Notes: generated by a model not told the origin, from the letters alone. 62,834 nucleotides of DNA, filler included, from Perkinsus olseni (GCA_013115125.1; 16 parts of 16 records of this genome joined end to end with filler, not necessarily neighbours in it), one strand, 5' to 3'; shown: positions 39,655-51,364, numbered from the whole stretch's first letter. Made by a program: numbers and translations.

Positions 39655-40746
39655 GTGACTGCCTGTTTGGGTATGATTTGCATCGAAGCCAACTACAACA
39701 GCGTCCCTGCTTTCATTGTGGAGATGTTCGTTATCGTGTCTATTGGTAAGCTTGGTGCCCTCTACAGCAATATCGACTACGCCGGGACTGTGTTTGCATT
39801 CACGTGGATGCTTGTGGGTATTGTTCCTACGTTGGGCTCGGAGCCGACTGAGAGCGATATGATAACCTGGGCACTGTGGCGTCTGTTGATGACTCTGATT
39901 GGTACCCTCGGCAATATGGTCGTCGCCACGTTCGTATTCCCGACGTTCGCCTTCGAGAAGTTGAACGGTGAGACGGCTCACGAGCTTATGGCCCAGTCTC
40001 AGTTGGTGTCGATGGCGGTCGAGCAGCTCTGTGCTGTAGAGAAGGGTCCATCGGTGAACCCTGATGACAAACGCATAGAAAGCGGTGATGAGTTCTTCAA
40101 ATCTAGTGATTACCGATACCAGCTCCTACCTGACGCCAAAGCTGAGGGGCTTGTTCTGAACAAGACCGCCTTCATTGATGAAACCACACGCGCAGTTATA
40201 GGATCCCAGTACGATATTGATATGATGGGCCGTTCTGCCATGGTGGCGTTTACCAACATCGCCGATTGCACGCGCCAGATCGCCGACCCGACGATTTTTC
40301 TGTTACTGGACCCTCTACGTGAGAGCCTTCATAAAGTGGCGGTAGCATTGAATGATTCATCGTCTAAGATGGCGCTGAAGATACTTGACCAAAGCAAGAG
40401 AGGGCATAAGGATAGCGGCTCCTTTGAGCTTGCTGATGACAGTAGCCAGGTCAACGTCGAGATGCAGCGGGCCTTGGATATCTTCGTCGCCAGGAGAGAA
40501 GTCATCCTCTCGGGCGAGAAGAAGAATCTAGAGAACTGGGCCAGTGCGATTCAGGGCGGCTTCTACGGTCTCTTCCATTCACTGTACACGCTGCGTGTGT
40601 TTGTCGACGAGTGGTTTCACATGGAGACTAGGATCCTGAATCTTAAGCCCGCTACCCGCAGGTCTCGTGCACTCACTGGTGCCCCGCAGGAGTTGGTCCG
40701 TGATATCTCTAAGGCTACTCGACATGGTTCGAGAGATAAGCTCTAA
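39655..40746 (+). CDS. ALMT/FUSC (aromatic acid exporter superfamily) transporter, 3' part
   Basis: TM helices ..YAGTVFAFTW..ALWRLLMTLIG..FVFP..A.EKL followed by a helical C-terminal domain; aligns with 42808-43397. Confidence 0.7.
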   Translation: MTACLGMICIEANYNSVPAFIVEMFVIVSIGKLGALYSNIDYAGTVFAFTWMLVGIVPTLGSEPTESDMITWALWRLLMTLIGTLGNMVVATFVFPTFAFEKLNGETAHELMAQSQLVSMAVEQLCAVEKGPSVNPDDKRIESGDEFFKSSDYRYQLLPDAKAEGLVLNKTAFIDETTRAVIGSQYDIDMMGRSAMVAFTNIADCTRQIADPTIFLLLDPLRESLHKVAVALNDSSSKMALKILDQSKRGHKDSGSFELADDSSQVNVEMQRALDIFVARREVILSGEKKNLENWASAIQGGFYGLFHSLYTLRVFVDEWFHMETRILNLKPATRRSRALTGAPQELVRDISKATRHGSRDKL

Positions 40747-41647
40747 GTCACTAAGTCGCATCTACATCTCTTGCATGTTCCTCGGTTCATCGTCTCTATT
40801 TCCCAAGGAGGTTCTCCTCGAACTCAAGTTTCTCCCAGTTCCTGCTCACTGTATAGTTGATCTTTCGTCCCCTTACTCTGTACCTCATATCGCTCGCTGC
40901 GGGGTCATCGCATTCGGCACCAGATAAGCGAAGTATTTCGCGAGCCACCATTCCTGGGGTAAGAAGCTGAGGCGAGCCCGTGCTATGTTGAAGTACGAGT
41001 CCCAGGCTGTTCAAGCTACTCTTGGTCTTTATATGTGTTCATTGCCTCCGCTTCACAATCAGTGTGTGACAGTAATACTATTGTGTGGATTTTACGGTCG
41101 TTTACTCGAGTCCGTTTATCGCAGAGTTCGATCCCTGCTGAGTTAACATTCGTTTCCTCGCTCGGCCTTGTCGCGTTGGATCGATATTTCTGGACGTTGT
41201 GATCTCATCACTAATCGGGGCCTGCGAGTTGCGCGAGGCTCATTCCGCCCGATCGTCCTCAATCATCTAATCATCCGTTCATCAAATCAGATTGTTCTAT
41301 ATGAATGTCGCGGAAGACTCACAGCACTCAAGCGTCGTATAGCCTACCTCAGTATTCTCAGTATCGAGTGCGAGTGGCGATTTATTCCGGGATTATCGCG
41401 TGTATATGCGCAGTCCCGCAGTTCCTCCCCACCATGCAGAAGGTTCTGTTGCAACATTTCTATGTAAGATGATCACTCGTTCTCCCCGGCTCTTCTTATA
41501 AGCTCTTCGCTCGTTTCAACCACCGTCTCGGAGCGGAGGGTTCCTTCAATACAATACTTGTCTCACTGCAAAAACGTTAGCGTTAACGTGCCGATATAAA
41601 TCACGCAATGCTGGGTCCTATAACAGCGGTCTTTCTAGACGGCTTTC

Positions 41648-43397
41648 ATGTTTCAGGTCCTTGGTATCTTGTACGCCTTCGTATCAGCATCCCTGGATGC
41701 CAAAATGTACATGATGATTCCCTGGCGTCTCACCGTCGGTGTGCTCCTTGGCTCTGTGTGTGGATACATTATTGTTCTGCTCGTGACTGCCATGAATGGT
41801 GGGGTTTATAACCCTTTCTATGGGACTCTACTCATGTCTCCCTTCATGTTGGTATTCAGTCTGGCCGAGCCGACCTTAAAGTGTAAATTCTCTCAACTCC
41901 ATAGCTACATCGCCACCAACGTGACTATGGTATGTGTCGTTGTTTTCTCCGGGCCATTTACTCGGAAAGCCTTCTTATCGACTGTTTTCGCTGGACTACT
42001 TTCTTTCGTGGTCCCGGTAACCTTAACATGGACGCTCAATGTGCTTGGGTTGCTCCCTCGCACGGCACCTGAACCTTTGCCTGTGTTCGAGTACTCTCTC
42101 GGCAACAACTTCAAGTCGAATGCCTGCTATATACTGGACGGTGACCTCCATAAGCAAGAGCTTGATGAACTACGACGAGCCCTTGTGACCTCACGCAAAG
42201 CCGTATTGGCGAGTGTCACCGATGCCGAGCTTCGGCTCTGCATCTTCCAACTGACGAGCACGTTATACGGACTCAGACGGACCTCTGGTTGGGAGCCCTT
42301 CAGCCAGGCGGCGGTGACACACCTGTGGGGGCCGATGCAGATGGAGCTGAGAAACCTGATGACTTTCGTGACCGCCGTGTTAAGACACGAGGTGGAGTTG
42401 GACGACATTCCTGATTTGAAATCCACGGCTAGGAATGCGCTGCTTCGAATCAAAAGGATAAGCATCGAATACACCCGAGCAGTGGCTGACCAGAAATCTG
42501 TTGTGATCTCGACAAGAGAGATGGCTCGGGTCGAGTTTGCCATGCTCGCTATTCCGAGATTTGCTATCCTTGTGAACCACTATTTCGAGCTCAAGGCTAA
42601 GCGGAGCCCCCCGAAGCCCTCCCTAATGAGATACGTAAGCCTGGACAGCTACAGCTGTTCATTTATTCGGAACTCTCTGACACTCCCTATTGGTTTCTGT
42701 TCTAGGTACCGATTTATACTCCACTGAGGCACCCCATACAGTTCCTGAAGCAACCCATTTGGCCACCGGGCACTTCTCTACGCGACAAGCTAGCATTTCC
42801 TCTGAGGTTGACCATATGCTCGATGATTATGCTCGAAGCTACTCTAGCTGTCGCTCAGGTCTATCCGATCCTCCTTTATGAAGGTCTGTGGATTTGCCTC
42901 CCTGTGCTCACTTGTTTCTTGCCCACGGTCGGTCATGCTTTGGGCAAGGGTTTCAGACGTATGCTCGGTGTCACCATCGGAGGCTTGGCGGCAATACTGA
43001 TTGTCTACGTTAACCCTATGAATGTTCCTGCGGTGATGGTAGAGCTCTTCATAGTTGCGGCCTTGAGTAAGTTCTTCACAATGGACCCTGCCATCGGTTA
43101 TCTTGGATTCCAAACGATTGTTACTTTCTGCGTGGTGGGTGTATGCAATGCTCTCGATCCGACCCTAAATGATGGAGATAGGATGGAAGCAGCTTTATAC
43201 CGAATGCTTTTCACGCTGATCGGATTGGTAATCTCCATCTTCCTCGCTCTGGTTACGTTTCCCTCGTACTGCGGACGCCGTCTGGCTAAACAAACCAGCA
43301 AGGAGCTGTCGTCTGCCTCAAGCGTGGTATCGACTTTGATCAAGGGGCTGGCGTCGAGGAAGCATGACGGTTCGAAGGAACCGGAAGGTCAGCCACT
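41648..43397 (+). CDS. ALMT/FUSC-family transporter, second tandem paralogue; start uncertain, 3' truncated
   Basis: Intron 42635-42705 (gtaagc..tctag) joins ORF 41648 to ORF 42808 in frame; GLWICLPVLTCFLPTVGHALGKGFRRMLGVTIGG resembles ALMT WAVxTVVVVFExTVGATLxKGxNRxLGTLxAG. Confidence 0.75.
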
Positions 43398-43711
43398 NNN
43401 NNNNNNNNNNNNNNNNNNNNNNNNNNNNNNNNNNNNNNNNNTTAATTAATTAANNNNNNNNNNNNNNNNNNNNNNNNNNNNNNNNNNNNNNNNNNNNGTA
43501 TCCAGATTACCCGAGCTCCCACTGAGAGCCTGTCAGATATTCCAAGCTTCGGATATCAGCGCAGCATCCCATAGAAACTGCGGTGATGTCCGTTCCCGTC
43601 CAGTGTCAGGTCCTGCCTGCTAAGGCCACCCCCTACATTAATTGACAACCCTGCGAGGACAGATTCCTACATGAGACTAAGACATAGGCACACACATCGA
43701 TAAGAGAACCG

Positions 43712-45016
43712 CTACACTTCCTCTGACTCAGAGTCACTCTCTTCGAGGAGGGACATGAAAGTGCTTGATGCCAACTTCTGTACCTCCGCCAGATCCACAT
43801 AGACACTGGCGGGGACTCTACTTCTCCACGATCCCAGGGCGCAGATCTGTTGGAACGACGACCCGCTCTTCGCCAAGTCCGAGGCTGCACCCCGTCTCAG
43901 AGCGTGGCTTCCGAAACTCTCGGCGTCACCGACTCCAATGCCGGAGAGAGTCGAACGGAGTATGAAGAGGAAGGCTCTGTAAGACAGTAAAGGAAACAGC
44001 GGGTCACCATCGAGCAGTGACGAGTCTCTTCGCTCGAGAAGGGCCTTAGCTGCCTCCACAGGACAAGTCAAGGAGTCCGTCTTACAGCAACAGCTTCGCA
44101 CTTGTTTGTCGCCTGCGGGTAAATTCTTCCGTCTCGGAAGTACCAGGGTAACTTCCTTAGCCGAGTCGTTCACGATTAACTGCCCAACTGAAGCCACCAG
44201 GAGCTCCGAAGGGATCCGTAACAGGAAGTGATAGCCCATTATCGCCGCCAAAGAAAAGTCGATGAGCCCTCTACCGATCGCCCGCTTAACCATGTTTCTG
44301 AGCATCTGTATACTAACTCTGGGCTTCTCGGCAAGAGTCCTCGGCGGATTTCGCGACAAGCCCTGAGCCGTTTGACGAACCGCTATGGTGTCCCACTTCT
44401 TGCTCAGGTCTAGCCACTCGTGCCACTTCCTTAGGTGAGTTAAATAGCACTTTGCCGTGTCTTGATTACGGAAGGTCGATAGCCATAAGCAAACCAAGTC
44501 CTCGCGTGCTGGAAGCACGGCGTTACTTTCGGAAGAGCAGCCTTTGGAGAGGTCGAGCGCCGTGACAGCGAAGCGCATGTAGCACCGCAAACCCGAAGCG
44601 TACTGTCTTAGAGAGCTCTGGGAGACACATTTATATCTCAGTGAACCTACTGCGTCGGCTAGTCCTCCCAGAACGGATGCCGCCCCTTTCGACGACGCCT
44701 GCGTTTTCATCCAGCCTGGTACCTGCCTCGGCTGGAGCCCCTCGGCTTCGAGCGACGTGCGTGACGTGGATCTACTCTGCAAGCGCGTGGCTGTTGATAT
44801 CAGCAACTCCCAGATGGGTCCGCGAAGCGAACCGGAGTTGGCTCGAGCTACGAACATCCTCAGTAGATCTGCATGCCCGGTTGTGACGACAGTCTGGATA
44901 TCGTCGTCGGAGACTTCAGATCCCACTTCTTCCCAGGTTAGGAACCCCGACTTGAGGAGCCATGTGCATATCTCTTGAGCCGCAACCGACGGTTCCAGAG
45001 GAGCTTGGTCGGCCAT
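43712..45016 (-). CDS. Tyrosine recombinase of the retrotransposon
   Basis: First ATG 45016 (MADQAP); SSLRQYASGLRCYMRF binding domain; catalytic R (HFLLRIPSEL), K (RRKN), HxxR (GSHALRRGAA), W (LGSWRS), Y (VYVD). Confidence 0.9.
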   Translation of the reverse strand: MADQAPLEPSVAAQEICTWLLKSGFLTWEEVGSEVSDDDIQTVVTTGHADLLRMFVARANSGSLRGPIWELLISTATRLQSRSTSRTSLEAEGLQPRQVPGWMKTQASSKGAASVLGGLADAVGSLRYKCVSQSSLRQYASGLRCYMRFAVTALDLSKGCSSESNAVLPAREDLVCLWLSTFRNQDTAKCYLTHLRKWHEWLDLSKKWDTIAVRQTAQGLSRNPPRTLAEKPRVSIQMLRNMVKRAIGRGLIDFSLAAIMGYHFLLRIPSELLVASVGQLIVNDSAKEVTLVLPRRKNLPAGDKQVRSCCCKTDSLTCPVEAAKALLERRDSSLLDGDPLFPLLSYRAFLFILRSTLSGIGVGDAESFGSHALRRGAASDLAKSGSSFQQICALGSWRSRVPASVYVDLAEVQKLASSTFMSLLEESDSESEEV

Positions 45017-45256
45017 TGGGACGACACGTAACAGACGCAAACTAGGAAGAACACTGTCCACCCCGAAATAAGCAGCGAGAGCCCGGCGAGCTGGGGAAAA
45101 GGAGTCGCGGAAGAACTGAGCAGGTCCCCGATAAACCCCTTGCGCGAAGTGAGTTCGCGACGGAAGTACCTCGAGGAAGACCCTAGAGGACTGTCATTGG
45201 TTCTCAACGCAATGCGGGCCTCTCCCGAAACTGCGAAATCAACATGCTGGGGCACA

Positions 45257-47291
45257 CTAGTCCAAAGAAGGAAAACGGTGTTCCTTCCTGGAATACGACC
45301 TCACTATCTCATCGAAAATGCGCCTACTCGGCTTATCGGCTGGATTAAGCTCTGACGGCACTCGATCAATCCATATCTTGAGGTGGAATTTCTCGCAGGA
45401 ATGCCAGAACTTCGTGATCATGTGGTTCAAGTCCGCGTGCTTGGAGTACCCTTTCACTAAGGCTTGCTCAACGGCCACATTATCTACAAAAACTATAACC
45501 CAGCGCCCCGACACATATCTGCCGAAGGTCTCGATTGAAACCAGGGCGCCAAAAAGCTCAAGGGCAATGATCTGAGTCTTCCGGTCGAGGAGTCTGGCGT
45601 GAAACCACTCTGGTGCCTCACATGCTGCATAAATCGGTCGAACAAAGTCCTTAGCGCTAGCCACCGCGCCGATACCGCCCGCTGATGTTGCATCAGAGTA
45701 AATGCAAGCCTGGCGCACTGAAGAAATGTCTGATTCTTCCATGAGTGAGATGTGCCGGACAGCCTCGGCCCCCCGCAGCATCTCCTTTAGGCGCGTCAAC
45801 GCAGTAACAGCGAACGGACGATTCGTTGAGAGCTTCTGGACGTCGGGTCGGTGTATGTGACTCATTACCTCCCGTAGGTAAGGCCTGCACGCGTTGGATG
45901 GTAGAACCGTAGATGCGAATAAGAGCCTGCCGGCCAGCTTCGCAGCCGCCGAAGATGAGAGTCTATCTTCGGAGAGAGCCTCCTGAATCTTGTCGATGAT
46001 CTTGGCCTTCTTCTGCTCGGGTAGTGATAGGTGCAGACTGCCTCCAGAAGTCGCTATGCCGAGACCTAGGACGGATAGATCCGACGTGGGTCCGACGCAC
46101 TTTGGCTCCTTCAATCTCCAACCAAGGATAACGTGAAGCCACCGCCAGGCCTCATAGCCAGAGTCAACAGAGGATGCGCGTTCGGGGGCGAAGTAATCGT
46201 CAAGAAAGTTTATCAAGATCAGCGCCAGCAGTATCCTGCCCAGATGCGCCAGGGCCTGGGATACTCTACAGTAGTTAATGACTGAAGACGATGCGCCGAA
46301 AGGCTGTGCCACATGAAAGAAGGCCGAGGCTTCACCAGAAGACGGATCCCGAAGTAGGACGACAGTTACCTGAGCACGAGCAGCCTACAGAGCGGGAGCT
46401 CCCGAGCCGGACCCCAGAGCGACGGGGCTCACCTTGTGCGACTCACAGTCGCACGGAACCTGCCTATATGCAGCTGCATGGTCAGACTTCCACCATCTGA
46501 TGTCGGCGGACCCTATTGTCCTCGCATATTCCCGTGCCACGGCTACGGCCGCTTCCGGAGTAGGCAAAGAAACTTTATTCAGGAATATCATTGTGCGGTT
46601 TACGTTCGATCTCTTGAAATCGTCACAAGGACGAACTTTATCGGTTTGTACTACCGGAAAGCGGGGACTGGCCACAAAACCGCCTTCGAAGAGAGTGTCC
46701 AGTTTCCCAACCGGAATGGGGCCAATCATTGTCTTGGCCTCGGTCTCCTCAATCGCGCTCTTCCAAAGAGTCTCATCCCACTCGGATGGGTTGCCCTCCA
46801 GCTTCCTTGCCATCTTCCTCGCCAAGTCTGGACCCGCATCCAACAACTCTCCAAGGTCCATAACACTGCGCTTATTCAGCTTCCCCCGATTCCGTCTGAA
46901 AATCGACTCAGGAACCTCGAAGGTCCCTGTCAGGGGCAATCCGTTCTGCAGTTCCTCCGCGAGCGACGCGTCGGGGTAGCCCGTGGCCTCCAGCATCTCT
47001 TTAAATAGAGGGAGATTTAACTTTCCTGCCACAGCTCTCACCTCCTCCGGCATGCTGCGTACTGAGTCCTCTGTAGCCGACTCCAGCAGCTTCCGGCGGG
47101 TTTCCCAGAACTTCATGACCTCCAAACGCGCCTTTACAAGCACTTCTGGTCCCAGTCTTTCCTGTGCTGCGATAGCCGCTCGTACCGTGTCAGGTAGTCC
47201 CGGAGCTTCCTTGAGAGGGTGTGCCATGTCGCAGGAAACCGAAAGATGTTCCTCTGGCGAGGACGCCTTGATGGGCTTCCCTAAGTCTCCG
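45257..47291 (-). CDS. Reverse transcriptase-RNase H, two exons (47291-46433 and 46369-45257), 5' partial
   Basis: SPRFPVVQTDKVRPCDDFKRSNVN, KSDHAAAYRQVP, QPFGASSSV, FLDD; RNase H YSDA..IIALELFGA..VDN..RVPSELNPADKPSR. The frame is open up to the gap. Confidence 0.88.
46370..46432 (-). other. Predicted 63-nt spliceosomal intron within the RT
   Basis: AAG|GTGAGC...CTGTAGGCTGCTCGTGCTCAG|GTA; contains the only in-frame stop (TAG 46385-46387). Confidence 0.75.
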
Positions 47292-47899
47292 NNNNNNNNN
47301 NNNNNNNNNNNNNNNNNNNNNNNNNNNNNNNNNNNTTAATTAATTAANNNNNNNNNNNNNNNNNNNNNNNNNNNNNNNNNNNNNNNNNNNNCATGTTTGT
47401 CTCGCCTTCATTCTCGAAAATGACGTCACCGAGATCAGGATGGCCATAATCGACACCTGAAAACGGAATGAAACGACTAGCACAAACTTAGTGTTTGCTG
47501 GGTGCCGACCGGAGTCAATGAGAGCGACTGTAACGGGTGAGCTGTCATCTTGTTCACATCCCGTGTCCGGGTCGGCCAAACGATCATCTACTATCCGCTT
47601 GACGCGCATGTCGTCGAGAGCCCACTGCTGTCCGAAGTATCTGAAGAGTCGGATGCATACCGGTGGGTCACGAAGTGGCTTACGTATCATCCGGCGGGGA
47701 CAAAGAGAGAGCTCGTCGGCTCTGAGCTGCCAACTCAATCGGATAATCTTCCTCGGCTACGATGCCCATCATCCTCATTTGCTGCACGAAAGGGGAACTG
47801 AACAACAGATAAACGCTGGAAGGTGACTTTCTACCGGTGGGGAATGGCGGGACGGACTTACGGGTCGTTCGTGCCAACAATCTCGATCACACCAATCTG

Positions 47900-48587
47900 C
47901 AACATCATCAGATGATACATCGTCGCTGTTAAGTTAACCGGAATAGACAGATTCGAGTCCACATCGAAGTACGGAACCGTGGTCAGACTGACATAGGAGA
48001 CACCGCGTCATACGAACGAGGAACGGCAGCAGCCGGGGGCTTACTCGAAGATGATGCGGCATTTGTTAGCAGCCGCAACTCCTGTATTGTTGGGGCCCTG
48101 AAACAGACAGTCAGGACGATACTGAAGGGGAATCATCAATCACCTGCCCATATGAGCCAGCTTGACCAACACGAGTTGCCCTGTCAACTAGCGGATGAAT
48201 CTGAGAAGTGAACGCCGTGAAGGAGCAGCTCAAGGGGTCGCCCTTAACACTTGTGGTGAATCGAAAACCTGATGGGCCTTCAAGTATCTTGGAATATCAT
48301 CGAAATCAATGATCTCGCTGCCGGTGCCAGAGTTCTCGATGGTGAAATTGAAACACTTGACTGGCTTGCTCGAGTTGGCTCGCGAATAATACCTGAAGGA
48401 GAGCAACGCTTCGATATCGTCCTGTAGGTCACAAGAGGCACGCTCACATCTCGATGTCTATTGGGCTTGGGGTTGAACTGATGAATTGGGACACAGATAG
48501 GTGTCTGCCTGACGATGCGTCAGTGAGACAGGACAAGGCGACAATGCATAGAACGGCGATGGCAGCGAAGTTCGTAAACTCCGGCAT
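47900..48587 (-). CDS. Hypothetical secreted protein, multi-exon, 3' end uncertain
   Basis: ATG 48587 MPEFTNFAAIAVLCIVALSCLTDA signal peptide; gtgagc..ctacag intron near 48422-48447. Confidence 0.3.
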
Positions 48588-48880
48588 TCCGGATGGAGGC
48601 GAGTAAAGCTACATCACACAAAGTTCATCAATGCTTGCCAGCACATAGCAGCTAAGAGGGATCATTTCTCATCCTTTCAGGGCGGAGCTTCATTTTCATG
48701 CGCAACGGCATCTATCAGTTACATTCGCACTACGAATAAGATATTTGGAAGATATGCCGGGCTAGCGCACTTTCAAGTGTCGGCTTGTCTTATCCTGTTG
48801 ATACTACTGCGAAGCTAACGATGTGTGGCTTATGAGTGAAAAGACTCTGAGCACGTCATAGTTTTTAATTCACCAAATTT

Positions 48881-50533
48881 ATGGCTAATCACTCTGCGGC
48901 ATTCCTGCTCTCTGTCACCGCTAGTATAGCGCTCGTCAGTGGCAATACTACCGCCTGCGATGCTGAATGCGCCCTGACTTTCCCTGGCTCTTACTGCAAG
49001 TACTGGCAGTCCCCAAGTGTGTGCTTCGGCTCCAATATTCGATGCTCTTGCGACACCGCCTTCCTCACGGCCTCTCCCGTTCAATGTGATGCTGGGTGTG
49101 CCGCTGATACACCCGGGTCTTACTGCAAGTACTGGAAGTCTCCCAGTGTTTGCCACATCTCGAACATTCCGTGCTCCTGTGATCAGTCCACAACGCAAGG
49201 GCCGATCATCACTACTACAGGAACTACTAATCTGGTAACAAGCGTGGGGACCATACCAACCATTGCGCCGACAAGTACTGTTGCAGCCACTCGCACAGCG
49301 CGATCGACTACGGTCATAACAACTGGTACAGCACCAACGACCACCGTTGTGACTGCTAGTAGAGCTCCATCGACCACCGTTGTGACTACAAGCGCAGCAT
49401 CATCGACTACTGCGGCGACTACGGCAGTACAATCGACTGTTGTTATAACGACGAGTACATCATCATCGACTACTGTTGTGACTGCCAGTACAGCACCATC
49501 GACTACTGTTGTGACCGCTAGTACAGCACCATCGACTACTGCTGTTACTACTAGTACAGCACCATCGACTACTGCTGTTACTACTAGTACAGCTCGATCG
49601 AACGCCGTTGTGACTACAAGCGCAGCATCATCGACTACTGCGGTACCATCGACTACCTTTGTGACCACTGGCGAAGCATCATCGACTACTGCAGTACCAT
49701 CAACTACCGTTGTGACCACTGGTGAAGCATCATCGACTACTGCAGTACCATCGAGTACCGGTGTGACCACTGGTGAAGCATCATCGACTGCTGCATCGAC
49801 TACTGCAGTACCATCAACTACCGTTGTGACCACTGGTGAAGCATCATCGACTACTGTTGTGACTACTAGTACAGCGCCATCGACTACCGTTGTGACTAGG
49901 ACAGCGCCATTGACTACTGCAGTACAGTCGACTACTGTCATAACGACTGGTAGGGCACCGTCGACCGCGTTTGTGACTACTATTACTGCACAGTCAACCA
50001 CTGTGATTACTGCAGTACCATCGACAACTGTTGTAACGACAAGTACAGCATCGTCGACTACCGTCCTGTTCGCTAATTCATCACCATCGCCCACCGCGGT
50101 GTCTACTACTCGATTAGAGGAAAGCACATCGGCGGCGAGTAGTACAGACAGCTTGATTGAAACGTCGAGTGCCAAGACCCCTCCCTCGCTAACAACGAAG
50201 GTATTCACTTCTGTGGCTGGTTCCCCAACATCCACAACTATGAGCAACACTCCTGTTTCCACTGGCAGTATGGTATTTACCACCAGTTCATCAACTACTG
50301 TCACCTCACCACGGCTCATCACCGGGTTGATACAGGTGAGTACATCCGAAATAGATCCGTCTTTGCGTGAAGACAAAGGTGCGACGCCTGTGACTTCAAC
50401 GACAGTCGAGCTGCAGCCTCCTGCTGTAACCTCATTTGTGTTCCCTGCGACGAGCACGCTGCAGAATTCTGAAACTGCCGCGACGAGAACGGCGACCGGC
50501 ACCTTTACTACCGTTAGTTCGACGACTAACTAG
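48881..50533 (+). CDS. Secreted mucin-like protein with two N-terminal 6-Cys repeats and a long Thr/Ser-rich tail
   Basis: Signal peptide; two copies of CDAxCAxxxPGSYCKYWxSPSVCxxSNIxCSCD; about 440 aa of PSTTVVTT/ASSTTAV repeats. Confidence 0.85.
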   Translation: MANHSAAFLLSVTASIALVSGNTTACDAECALTFPGSYCKYWQSPSVCFGSNIRCSCDTAFLTASPVQCDAGCAADTPGSYCKYWKSPSVCHISNIPCSCDQSTTQGPIITTTGTTNLVTSVGTIPTIAPTSTVAATRTARSTTVITTGTAPTTTVVTASRAPSTTVVTTSAASSTTAATTAVQSTVVITTSTSSSTTVVTASTAPSTTVVTASTAPSTTAVTTSTAPSTTAVTTSTARSNAVVTTSAASSTTAVPSTTFVTTGEASSTTAVPSTTVVTTGEASSTTAVPSSTGVTTGEASSTAASTTAVPSTTVVTTGEASSTTVVTTSTAPSTTVVTRTAPLTTAVQSTTVITTGRAPSTAFVTTITAQSTTVITAVPSTTVVTTSTASSTTVLFANSSPSPTAVSTTRLEESTSAASSTDSLIETSSAKTPPSLTTKVFTSVAGSPTSTTMSNTPVSTGSMVFTTSSSTTVTSPRLITGLIQVSTSEIDPSLREDKGATPVTSTTVELQPPAVTSFVFPATSTLQNSETAATRTATGTFTTVSSTTN

Positions 50534-51364
50534 CCTCAGCCCCATCATTCTCTCGCTGATGTGAGATTTTTCAACTCAATGTAGCGAAACGAAGAGTATG
50601 CCATTGATCCGAGTCGAATTTTGAAAAGTTTGCTAGGGCTTGCTCTTTGCGTTGTGTATTTGGAGCTGGGGGGTTTTGCAAGCCCAGCTAGTTGCAATGT
50701 CGTCTGCGATGCAAGATTTTGAAGTAAGGTTGACTACTAGTCAATGACTAGTGCCAAAAGATTACTAAATCATAGTATACATGAAAACATGTAGCTTAAT
50801 GGACTTTTAACGTATATATGTGATATGTTCACCTGAAATATGTATTGGCGCGCAGTAATGATTATCGTCTTGTTGCCCGTTATGTGCAAAAGCACGATTT
50901 TACAAGTCAACAAGTAAGCTTTTTCCAATGGGCAGGAACTGAGCTTTACTCAGTAAGCAGCGATTGGTAACGTGTGAAATCCGTGCTGTTTGCAAATCAC
51001 CCTCGGCAAGATTACTTCCAAGGTTCACTCGACAACACAACAATCGTTCGTTACTCAGTGTGGCTACGTCATGCAATATCGCAACTCACAACAGAATGGG
51101 TTGTTTCAGACACAAAGCTTCATTCCAAAAAGTCATCTACGTACTCGGGCCGACAGTAGTCGGGGCATCAGTCACCTCGATGGTANNNNNNNNNNNNNNN
51201 NNNNNNNNNNNNNNNNNNNNNNNNNNNNNTTAATTAATTAANNNNNNNNNNNNNNNNNNNNNNNNNNNNNNNNNNNNNNNNNNNNTTGTCATTCTTGGAT
51301 TCAACAATGTCATTCTTGTCTGCTCACGTGTCAAACTTGCACGGGAAATGGTGTAGAGAAGTTC

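Larger units (their letters stand above)
43498..47291 (-). mobile_element. Tyrosine-recombinase retrotransposon (DIRS order), internal part filling the whole contig
   Basis: RT-RNase H followed by a tyrosine recombinase on the same strand; no protease, DDE integrase or methyltransferase in the visible part. Confidence 0.9.

Noticed and set aside
45257-45304. Second possible intron (GTGAGG..GACTAG) fusing pol to YR
   Set aside because: Splicing it leads to a stop five codons later, so no fusion results.
46434-47339. Plus-strand ORFs overlapping the RT
   Set aside because: Antisense shadows with no motifs.
49183-50502. 439-aa Val-rich antisense ORF
   Set aside because: Shadow of the Thr/Ser repeat codons of the mucin gene.
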